From IMG/VR virus record IMGVR_UViG_3300019927_000044, positions 3,331 to 67,330 of that record: DNA of 64,000 nucleotides; one strand, given 5' to 3'. The notes below the pieces were generated by a model. It ran no database searches and was not told where the DNA came from. It worked only from the letters and a program-made list of their open reading frames with translations. Shown piece after piece: positions 55,945-64,000 of this stretch. The translations under genes were made by a program, and so were the position numbers. Source of the DNA: a virus. Every line of letters starts with the position of its first letter. Within the stretch, counting starts at the first letter, position 1.

Positions 55945-56423
55945 TGCCAACAATACAAATAGTTGACGATACTGGAACTGTCACAGAAACAGAAGTTATT
56001 AGTCGTGGTGCTGCAATATTAACTGATGTTCAGGCAGTAAATGTTGGGACTGAAATACCAACATTTGAAGACATTAATGACGAAAATCCAGACGTGTTTG
56101 TTCCAGCAGTTACACGACGAGTAGAATATGATAACAAGGGCGTTATGTCGAGCATTACGACAGATTGTGGTGAAACTGAGAACCGTCGTGAAGCTGATGA
56201 GAAGCCTAATATAACGCTTGAAGGCATTATCACCGAGTCGCAAATCCCCGCCGCGAAAAGTCTCAAAAGTCTGAATAAGATAATTCTTATCAGTGATATT
56301 GAACGAGGTGAAATGGTCATTGAAAGGGTAACTATTAGTCAAGATACAGACTTGCTTTCATACATTACAAATGGTAACGAAGAACTGGCATTTAGTTTCC
56401 AAATGCAGCTTAAACAGCCATGA
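55944..56423 (+). CDS. Tail tube initiator-like protein
   Basis: Synteny after TMP. Confidence 0.5.
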   Translation: MPTIQIVDDTGTVTETEVISRGAAILTDVQAVNVGTEIPTFEDINDENPDVFVPAVTRRVEYDNKGVMSSITTDCGETENRREADEKPNITLEGIITESQIPAAKSLKSLNKIILISDIERGEMVIERVTISQDTDLLSYITNGNEELAFSFQMQLKQP

Positions 56424-58018
56424 TACCTGATGATTCAGACTTTGCTGGAATAGATGCAGAGTCGCTTCCAGAAGTAGATTACGACTTTTCATGTAAGTCA
56501 GATACACCACCAGCACAAGCTGACGTGGCTGTCGACTTGTTTAAAAAAGACGATGAAGGTGGAGAGGTGAGTGGCCCATTTGCACCCGTTGCTGGCACAT
56601 TTGACGTTTCTGGTGAGTTTATTCGCCTTCCAGTGGTCGAAGCAGAAACGTGGGAAAATAAAGACGGCGCGTCTGATTTGATTCGTACCAGTCGTGTAAA
56701 AGTACCGATGATATGGGACGGTGTCGAAATACATGAGCTTGTCGGTGCAGATAGAGAAGATGAAGATGCTGGGTTCGATTTGTGTCGTATTAGCTACAGA
56801 GATAGAGATACTGGGCGCTGGCAAGTTCAGCAGTTTGGCTACGTCGCATCAATTGGCCCAGCCAGTGAAAATGGTGTGCTAAAGTTTTACACGTATGACC
56901 CAGCCGACTTCATGCGTGAGATACCTGTTACAAAAACATACGACGAACCTACTGCATCACAAGTCGCCAGTTTTGTCGCATTTGATGACGAATATGGACT
57001 GGATTTTAATAATCCTGTTCCAATTCTTGACACAATTGTTACAACGCCAGCAAGAAACTTTGAAGAAGCCGCCCGTGAAGATATAGAGGTCGATATTGTC
57101 GGTCAATATGAAAACTTAAATAACAACGTGTATGGCTGGGCTGATGAAAATATACCTATTATTGGAGACTTCTTACTTTCAGGTAGGGATGCATTAAACG
57201 TTAGTGAAGCAGAAGAATGGGCAGATGATGCACTTCATAACGGTGGACATAAACATTTTCGTCGTAATAGACACAATCTTGTCGATGTAATGAATTGGCT
57301 TACCGACCGCATTGGTGGGTCATGGTTCCTACAGCCAGAAGATAAAGGTGTAACACTTATTGTGAACAACGGTGGCGATGTTGACGATTCGATGGCACGT
57401 CGGTCGTTTAAAACGCAAAGTGTTGACCCATCACAATATGATTATATTCAGGGAACAAACCATAGCGATGCTATAGCAATAGACAATAATGCTATAGAAG
57501 ACATTAAACCTATAAATAAACTAACGCTAAATGGTGAAAGTGCAGATTCATTCTTAGGCCTTAATGCTGATAGGGACATATTTGACGGTCCATTAGGTGC
57601 CCCTCGTGGACATACAAACAAGTATCCTCACGTTGAAGTGACGTATCCGCCGCTACTTAAGCGGGCTGGCGGTGTTGAGTTGGGACCAAAACGTATTGAA
57701 TCTGATGCAACAACGCTTGCTGAAGCCAGAGAGGAGGCTATACAGTCATTTATTTCACAACACGAAGACAATACTGAAGGAAATATCATAATTTACGGAA
57801 AACCAACTATCCGACCGTATGATTATCTTTCCGCAAAGCCAGTTTGTAATGATGTGTTTGATATTGATGCTAACCCTATTCAATATGAAATTAATAGCGT
57901 CAAACATCATGTCAAAAACGATGAACCATACCAGACAGAATTAGGTGTCAGTATAGCATTAAATGAAGATATCGTGCGAGAAAATGTTGTAGACGATTAT
58001 CTTGACACAAGAAAATGA
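56420..58018 (+). CDS. Baseplate hub protein (probable)
   Basis: Synteny; GKPTIRPYD C-terminal pattern. Confidence 0.6.
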   Translation: MIPDDSDFAGIDAESLPEVDYDFSCKSDTPPAQADVAVDLFKKDDEGGEVSGPFAPVAGTFDVSGEFIRLPVVEAETWENKDGASDLIRTSRVKVPMIWDGVEIHELVGADREDEDAGFDLCRISYRDRDTGRWQVQQFGYVASIGPASENGVLKFYTYDPADFMREIPVTKTYDEPTASQVASFVAFDDEYGLDFNNPVPILDTIVTTPARNFEEAAREDIEVDIVGQYENLNNNVYGWADENIPIIGDFLLSGRDALNVSEAEEWADDALHNGGHKHFRRNRHNLVDVMNWLTDRIGGSWFLQPEDKGVTLIVNNGGDVDDSMARRSFKTQSVDPSQYDYIQGTNHSDAIAIDNNAIEDIKPINKLTLNGESADSFLGLNADRDIFDGPLGAPRGHTNKYPHVEVTYPPLLKRAGGVELGPKRIESDATTLAEAREEAIQSFISQHEDNTEGNIIIYGKPTIRPYDYLSAKPVCNDVFDIDANPIQYEINSVKHHVKNDEPYQTELGVSIALNEDIVRENVVDDYLDTRK

Positions 58019-58830
58019 GTAATAATTCTAACCCATATGACCTTGATGGTGGACAAATTCGGAGCATACTATCCGAGGCTGTTGACAGAGCGACAGTACT
58101 CGACGTGATTCCAGAAGCCCATGCCGTTCGTGTCAATCCTCGCGGTGATAATTCGCCACTTGTCGCACCAGTCGTGACACCAATGTACGGGTCTGTCACG
58201 CTGCCACGTAAAGGTTCTCGTGTGACGCTTGTCTATATTACTGACAACGTACCCATTTGTGTCGGTGGTATTTATCTTGCTGACGGTGAAGAACCGCCTA
58301 CCGCAAAAGATGGAGATATTATACTTGGCAACGGTACTGGGTCACAAATCAAAATAGCGGATGACGGACATATTGAAATTGTTACAGACGGTACTGAGCG
58401 CGTTGATATTGACAATAAAAGTGCCAGTGTCTATCTCTCGAATACACAAACAATCCCGTCACAATCGGACCCAACGAAGGTAAAATTTGACACTGTTGAG
58501 GAAGATAAAGAAAGTCTCTGGGACCAAGATAATTATCAAATGGTCGCTAAAGCGAGCGGGTTGCATAAAATAAACACATCAGTCGCAATCCTTTCGGCTG
58601 GACAAAATAAACTGTATGAGATAAGCATTTTCGTAAATGATGTAGAAGTAGATAAAATGTATCGACAATCAGCAACAAACGAACCGCTTTCACTACATGC
58701 GTCAACTTCTGAACTACTTGAGGCTGGCGATACAGTTGACGTTCGAGTGAAAAACCAATCTGGTAGTAGTAGAGATATAGAAGGTGATTCAGTGACAACA
58801 GAATTTGACATACGGAGGACTGGTATCTAA
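58015..58830 (+). CDS. Baseplate spike (gpV-like) with C-terminal extension
   Basis: OB-fold-like N-terminus LPRKGSRVTLVY. Confidence 0.7.
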   Translation: MSNNSNPYDLDGGQIRSILSEAVDRATVLDVIPEAHAVRVNPRGDNSPLVAPVVTPMYGSVTLPRKGSRVTLVYITDNVPICVGGIYLADGEEPPTAKDGDIILGNGTGSQIKIADDGHIEIVTDGTERVDIDNKSASVYLSNTQTIPSQSDPTKVKFDTVEEDKESLWDQDNYQMVAKASGLHKINTSVAILSAGQNKLYEISIFVNDVEVDKMYRQSATNEPLSLHASTSELLEAGDTVDVRVKNQSGSSRDIEGDSVTTEFDIRRTGI

Positions 58831-59165
58831 TGGTTGAGTATCCGACTGACGCTGAACTAAATGGGCAGAAAGACATCTTTATTGATGAGGCAGGTGATAT
58901 TTCTGTAATTAGCGGTATTGACCAGCTTGCACAATCAGTTGGTATAGATATATTTGATGAAACGCAAGACTTTACTGGGTCTAAATTAACAGGCCTGACA
59001 ATTGGCCGACTTGAGGCCCAAATCCGCGATGGCCTTGATAATGACCCGCAGCTTGACGATATTGTCAGCGTTACAATACGAAGTTTTGATGAGGAGGCTG
59101 GCAATGTATTTATTGAAGTTGTAACAACTGCAAACAACGAATTTACACTTCCGATAGAACTATGA
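58830..59165 (+). CDS. Baseplate wedge protein (gp25-like)
   Basis: 111 aa before baseplate J. Confidence 0.65.
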   Translation: MVEYPTDAELNGQKDIFIDEAGDISVISGIDQLAQSVGIDIFDETQDFTGSKLTGLTIGRLEAQIRDGLDNDPQLDDIVSVTIRSFDEEAGNVFIEVVTTANNEFTLPIEL

Positions 59166-60994
59166 CAATAATTAACGGACAATACGAAAAATTGACGGAA
59201 CAGGAGATTACTGACGCACTTGAGCAGGAACTACAGGACCAGTTTGGTGCTGATATTGACCTGACAGAATCGTCAGTTTTCAGCACACTTATTAGTACGC
59301 TGGCGGCAGTGCTGGCAGAAAATCAAGAAAAATCGCTACAAGATGTATACCAGAGCGCGTTCCTTGATACGGCCACTGGTATTGACCTTGAACGCATTGT
59401 TGCACTTATCGGTCTACAGCGCCGTCAAGCAACGCACGCTACTGGCGTTCAGCGATTCCTCGCAAGTGGAAAGGTGACACAGGACTATGTTATTCAACGC
59501 GGGACAACTGTCCAAACTGGCGGTGGAGAGCCAATAGAATTTGAAACGACTGATGTTACCATTCTTAAACTGATTGATAGTTTTGAAAACGGTAATCTTG
59601 ATGAATACAATGGTAATACTACTAACGCGTCTACACTATCGGTTGCTAATGCGCCAGAAGGGTCAAATGTCCTTGAACTTGATGCAACTGAAGATGCAAG
59701 TATCTATCAAGAGAACACTGTGCTAAAACGCGGCAGTGTAATGCATTGCTACGTACGGCCAGATGCAGGCACCGTTCCGATTATGCAGTTTGGCATTCAG
59801 CAAAGTGATGTGTCGAACTATTATCAGGTCGCTGTAGACGAGGCAAACGATACTATCTCACTTGAGCGGTTTGATAGCGGTTCTCTGGCCTCGACTATCG
59901 ATAGCACTAACGTGACCATTTCCAGCAACACATGGTACGAAATCGAAGTGGACTGGAACATCACGGATAATATCAGCGTCACGCTGTATGACATCGACGG
60001 TAACGAACTTGCTACCTTAGGCGGCATTGACGATACATATATTCAAGGGCTGTGTGGCTTTAAAAGTGGCGATAACAATGGCACAAAACAGTTCGACTGG
60101 TACACTACCAGCGAAGTGAGTGTCAATATTCGGGCCATTGAGGGTGGCAGTGCTGGCAATGTCGGCCCTAATAGCATTACGTCTATTCCGTCACCGCCCG
60201 CTGGCGTCAACGCAACGACAAATCTTTACTCGACTGGCGACCTTGACCTATATGACCTTGAAGGAACGGCCTTTATTGTCGGTCGTGACAGGGAAGAAGA
60301 TGACGAACTACGCGAACGTGCTGAAGAGGCCGTTGCGGGTGGTGGTACTTCAACTCACGACGCCCTTGCCGCAGCACTAATTAACGATATTATTGACGTT
60401 ATTTCCGTCACAATTTACGAAAATAAAACATCAATAGATAATAGTGGCAGTGGCGGACTACCGCCTCACTCATTTGAAGCTGTTGTGTACGGTGGTGACG
60501 AAACTGAAATTGCCAGAACAATATTCGATAATAAAGCAATAACGTCAAATGATATCGGCGGTGTTCGTGGAACAAAAGTTACGGAAACAGTACAGTCAAA
60601 TGTAAATAACGACGAACGCCAGATATCATTTACTCGACCGACAAAGCAGACTGTTGATATTACAATTAATATTGTTACGTCCGACTCATACATTGGTGAC
60701 AATAATTTGAAAGACCTTATTGTCAAATATATTGGTGGTACGTTGTCTGACAGTACGAATGCATTAGGTCTTAGTGTTGGAAAAGACGTTCGTATTGACC
60801 AGCTTCGTGATATCATTGTTGGTGAAGATACTGGTGTTATTGGATTTGACCAGTCTGTTGACGGGACTCCCATTAGTACAACACCAAGTACTACAACAGT
60901 CAGTGGTCTTCAAATCGTTGATATTGGAGAAAATGAAGTTGCAAAAACTGACGCAACTGACGGAAGTATTACGATTAACAAAACTGAGCTATAA
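59162..60994 (+). CDS. Baseplate J-like protein with an internal beta-sandwich insertion
   Basis: FLDTATGIDLERI; GSAGNV; GRDREEDDELRER; PPHSFEAVVYGG. Confidence 0.9.
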   Translation: MTIINGQYEKLTEQEITDALEQELQDQFGADIDLTESSVFSTLISTLAAVLAENQEKSLQDVYQSAFLDTATGIDLERIVALIGLQRRQATHATGVQRFLASGKVTQDYVIQRGTTVQTGGGEPIEFETTDVTILKLIDSFENGNLDEYNGNTTNASTLSVANAPEGSNVLELDATEDASIYQENTVLKRGSVMHCYVRPDAGTVPIMQFGIQQSDVSNYYQVAVDEANDTISLERFDSGSLASTIDSTNVTISSNTWYEIEVDWNITDNISVTLYDIDGNELATLGGIDDTYIQGLCGFKSGDNNGTKQFDWYTTSEVSVNIRAIEGGSAGNVGPNSITSIPSPPAGVNATTNLYSTGDLDLYDLEGTAFIVGRDREEDDELRERAEEAVAGGGTSTHDALAAALINDIIDVISVTIYENKTSIDNSGSGGLPPHSFEAVVYGGDETEIARTIFDNKAITSNDIGGVRGTKVTETVQSNVNNDERQISFTRPTKQTVDITINIVTSDSYIGDNNLKDLIVKYIGGTLSDSTNALGLSVGKDVRIDQLRDIIVGEDTGVIGFDQSVDGTPISTTPSTTTVSGLQIVDIGENEVAKTDATDGSITINKTEL

Positions 60995-61017
60995 TCTGTC
61001 AGTATGGTTAATATAGA

Positions 61018-62475
61018 ATGACACGGCAGACAACATTGCATAATTTTAACGTTCCTGAAACTGGCGATGCAGATTACGCCGATACGTTTGCGCAGTATTT
61101 CGACTCTGTTGATAATGCGATAGAGATACGAGATACTGAAAATAATATATCAAATTATGAACCACAAGAAGGGGCTAAATTCACTGCTACAGATAGTGGC
61201 GTTATTTATATTGGTGACGGTAGCTCATGGACACAAATTACATCAACAGGCATTAATCCAAACTTTGGAAATGTAACTGCTGATTCGGTCAATACAAAGG
61301 AAATAAATAACGTCAAAACACCGCTGCCCAAAAACGGGGGCGCTGGCATAAACGACGCTGTATCCGCAGGAACAAAAATCGAACTACAATCTGGCGTTTA
61401 CGAACTTAATTCACCAATACAGATAGATGCTGACGGACTCTCTCTCATCGGGCAAGGAGTTGAATCGTCCGAGGCTGGAGATAATGACACCAACATAACG
61501 GTGCTACGTAAGGTTCACAACGGGCCGATGGTCGAAACGACCTCTAATGAAGTTAGAAGTGTTACCATCAAGGGAGTCGCGTTCGACGGCCAAAAATCGA
61601 CATATAGCGGGCGTGGCGTGGATGCTGGCGAGGTGCCAAATAATTGGAAGATTCAAGACTGTGTGTTTTACGATATTGCCAGTGAACCAATATATGCGGA
61701 TATGTTATACAATAGTTGGATACAAGACAATTGGTTTAGACGGTGGGGGACATCTGGTAATTCTGACGCAATAAAGATAGATAAGACGGGAAACACGTCT
61801 CCAAGCCATCTAAAAATCACGGGGAATGACTTTCGTGATGGGGACGGAAACAGCCGCGACTGCATCAACGTGGAAACGTGTGATGCGTTAAGGGTGCAAA
61901 ACAATGAGCTAAACCTCCCCGCTCGCCACGCCGTCCGTATCAAAGAGTGTGAAACGCTTTTCCTTTCTGGAAACTACAGCGAGGATGCGGGGGACTCGGG
62001 ATATGTTCTCGGAGTGACGGGCGCAGACAATATTCAGCACGCCACGGTCCACGCAAATCGGGCGAGCCGAGGAGGGACTGGGTATGGTTTTGACTATCGT
62101 AACGTTCGCAATTCTGTTGTAGGAGAGAATCAAGCGTTTAATTTTAATAGTGGCGGGGCGCGAGTTGGAACTGACTGCAAAGATTTCCTGTGGCTTACCA
62201 CAAACGTCGGCAGTGACGTTACGTTCAACTCGCAGGTGTATTATACTCCAAACGTAGTTCGGCAAAGCACTGGAGATATCGTTGTTTTGGACGATAACGG
62301 AGATATAGCGAAAAAAATCACCACCACTGCAAATAAACTTTATCAGGGGGCGGATTATTCAACGTCGAATGTCTCGTTAGATAGAACGTTTGACGCAGAT
62401 AATACAACGGTTAATGAGTTGGCTGATGTTGTCGGGACGATTATATCTGACCTTGGCCTTGATATTGCCCGATAA
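61018..62475 (+). CDS. Tail fibre/spike with pectin-lyase-like beta-helix
   Basis: GAGINDAV...IELQSGVY...LSLIGQG followed by parallel beta-helix repeats. Confidence 0.8.
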   Translation: MTRQTTLHNFNVPETGDADYADTFAQYFDSVDNAIEIRDTENNISNYEPQEGAKFTATDSGVIYIGDGSSWTQITSTGINPNFGNVTADSVNTKEINNVKTPLPKNGGAGINDAVSAGTKIELQSGVYELNSPIQIDADGLSLIGQGVESSEAGDNDTNITVLRKVHNGPMVETTSNEVRSVTIKGVAFDGQKSTYSGRGVDAGEVPNNWKIQDCVFYDIASEPIYADMLYNSWIQDNWFRRWGTSGNSDAIKIDKTGNTSPSHLKITGNDFRDGDGNSRDCINVETCDALRVQNNELNLPARHAVRIKECETLFLSGNYSEDAGDSGYVLGVTGADNIQHATVHANRASRGGTGYGFDYRNVRNSVVGENQAFNFNSGGARVGTDCKDFLWLTTNVGSDVTFNSQVYYTPNVVRQSTGDIVVLDDNGDIAKKITTTANKLYQGADYSTSNVSLDRTFDADNTTVNELADVVGTIISDLGLDIAR

Positions 62476-62522
62476 TGAGAGTGAACATAACAATTTATTC
62501 AAAAATAAATTTATGAAATAAA

Positions 62523-63179
62523 ATGTCTTGGGGTAGTAACAAGTGGGGTGACTATTATTGGGGTATAAATAGCCAATTTAATATTGGTAGAAATATTCGT
62601 ACGGCTGAAAAGAAATGGAACAGCGGTATTGCATTCTCACCACATTCAAATACATATAAACTTTTAGAATCTTTATTATCTGAGGCTGGTCGTATAGATA
62701 ATGATTTAACTGCAATAAACAAAAGTACAAAAATAAATACTGCTTTTGGTGAAGAACTTGAAAAAATTGGAAATCTTGTCAATGTTAATAGGCAAAGTAA
62801 TGAATCTGATGTAAAATATCGGGCACGTATTAAAGCTACATTTCGTGCGGCAACTACCAGTGCGACATTTGACGAATTTGTTCAATTCTCTTCATCAGTT
62901 CTTTCAACAGACGTTAATAATCTTACATTTACGACAAATGTTCCAGAATCAGCAACCATTCGCGTTGGCGCTGACGGTGATGTATATGACAATGCTGACC
63001 TTACGAATCAGCAGATTGTCGACTTACTCGGTCGTGGTGTGCCTGCTGGTCATGAAGTGAACATTGTTGAACGTGGAACATTCCTTCTCAAATCAGACGG
63101 ACAGGCTAACACGGCAGATAATGGGCTAACATCTGACACAATTGATACTGGTGGAACGCTTGCGGCTGACATAATATAA
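62523..63179 (+). CDS. Baseplate wedge protein (gpI-like)
   Basis: GEELEKIGNLVNVNR...DVKYRARIKA...VPAGH. Confidence 0.75.
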   Translation: MSWGSNKWGDYYWGINSQFNIGRNIRTAEKKWNSGIAFSPHSNTYKLLESLLSEAGRIDNDLTAINKSTKINTAFGEELEKIGNLVNVNRQSNESDVKYRARIKATFRAATTSATFDEFVQFSSSVLSTDVNNLTFTTNVPESATIRVGADGDVYDNADLTNQQIVDLLGRGVPAGHEVNIVERGTFLLKSDGQANTADNGLTSDTIDTGGTLAADII

Positions 63180-63205
63180 TCTGTCAGTACGATTGACACA
63201 GAACG

Positions 63206-64000
63206 ATGTCTTGGGCAATTCAAGATAGGTTCCCAACTTGGGGAGAAAATGGCGAATACCCAGCAAACGGTTTCTTCTACGAAGGTGGGGACCAAGTTAA
63301 CGAGAAGCATCAGGACGCCCTCTGGAACGGAATTAAAAACTTCGAGCAAAATGTTCGAGATTCATTAACTGACATTGACAGTAACCAAGACGGGACTGTT
63401 GATGCTGCCGACAATGTAGAAACAAATGGCACTCCGTCTAAAATTATTGACACGACTAATAACATTGATTTGCTTCGTGCCAATGAAAACGGTCCTGTAG
63501 AAATTCCTAATGGCGACGTTGTAATTACAAATGGTGATATTACTAACGGTTTGAAAACTATATTTGATTCTTCAAAAGAACATATTCCATATACTATACT
63601 TTCAAAAAACCAAATTACAGTTAATGCTGGAACAAATATAGACGGTGGTGGTACGATAGACCTTGGTAGTTCAATTTCCGTATCTCACAGCGACACAAGC
63701 ACACAAGGAGATGTTTCTTCTATTAACGGTTCTGCTATAACAGATATAGCTTTAGATGATGCAGGTCACGTAACTTCTATCAACACGACAAGTTTTGATA
63801 ACCGATATCTTTTTGAATCTGAATACAATCCTGAGTCTGACACACACAATAGATACTCTGACAGTGAAGCACGAAGTGCAGTTAACAATTCAAATGTTAA
63901 TGTTGGATATGCTGACAATGCAGGTGATGCAAATACGCTCGATGGAATAAATTCAAGCGAATTTGCACGTCTGTACGATGGTGTTAAAACACCAGTCTAT
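63206..64000 (+). CDS. Tail fibre protein, N-terminal part (open at the window end)
   Basis: Manual translation MSWAIQDRFPTWGENGEYP...ANTLDGINSSEF; Gly/Asn/Thr-rich. Confidence 0.75.
   Translation, partial: MSWAIQDRFPTWGENGEYPANGFFYEGGDQVNEKHQDALWNGIKNFEQNVRDSLTDIDSNQDGTVDAADNVETNGTPSKIIDTTNNIDLLRANENGPVEIPNGDVVITNGDITNGLKTIFDSSKEHIPYTILSKNQITVNAGTNIDGGGTIDLGSSISVSHSDTSTQGDVSSINGSAITDIALDDAGHVTSINTTSFDNRYLFESEYNPESDTHNRYSDSEARSAVNNSNVNVGYADNAGDANTLDGINSSEFARLYDGVKTPVY

Larger units (their letters stand above)
39569..63191 (+). promoter_or_regulatory. Late-promoter-like motif (TAATC)TGTCAGTACG
   Basis: 39569, 46031, 47591, 54133, 60997 (1 mismatch), 63182; - strand copy at 15047-56; each 11-37 nt before an ATG. 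Confidence 0.8.

Noticed and set aside
1-64000. Provirus or integrase module, reverse transcriptase/DGR, invertible fibre locus
   Set aside because: No recombinase, RT or host genes were seen in the window.

Overview
The window is most of the genome of a tailed haloarchaeal virus with myovirus morphology (Caudoviricetes; acidic proteome, tail sheath, baseplate J and gp25-like genes). It ends inside an Hjc-like resolvase gene on the left and a tail-fibre gene on the right. 1-30.4 kb (- strand): replication and nucleotide metabolism (intein-containing PolB, P-loop ATPase/helicase, Rad3/XPD-like helicase, PD-(D/E)XK nucleases, DSP phosphatase, HAD, HD, NMP kinase-like and Nmad1/DUF1599-like proteins), many small genes and several AT-rich HNH/GIY-YIG endonucleases. 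30.4-37.3 kb (+): small early-type genes in cassettes with repeated terminator-promoter modules, an Ogg2-like glycosylase and an ORF-poor origin/terminus candidate. 39-64 kb (+): TFB-like protein, terminase, portal, protease/scaffold, MCP, neck, contractile tail and baseplate. Three patterns go beyond the gene list. (1) At least four 250-420 nt ORF-free, highly base-paired elements look like structured RNAs; three share GTGAAACG, and a fourth shares an exact 22-nt hairpin with a structured leader. (2) Four genes (polB, portal, MCP and a Zn-finger micro-gene) have duplicated C-terminal coding ends flanking either an HNH gene or a 37-61 nt hairpin. (3) A TATA-less motif, TGTCAGTACG, precedes the structural operons next to a viral TFB-like gene. 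All assignments were made by eye from motifs; no searches or folding programs were run.
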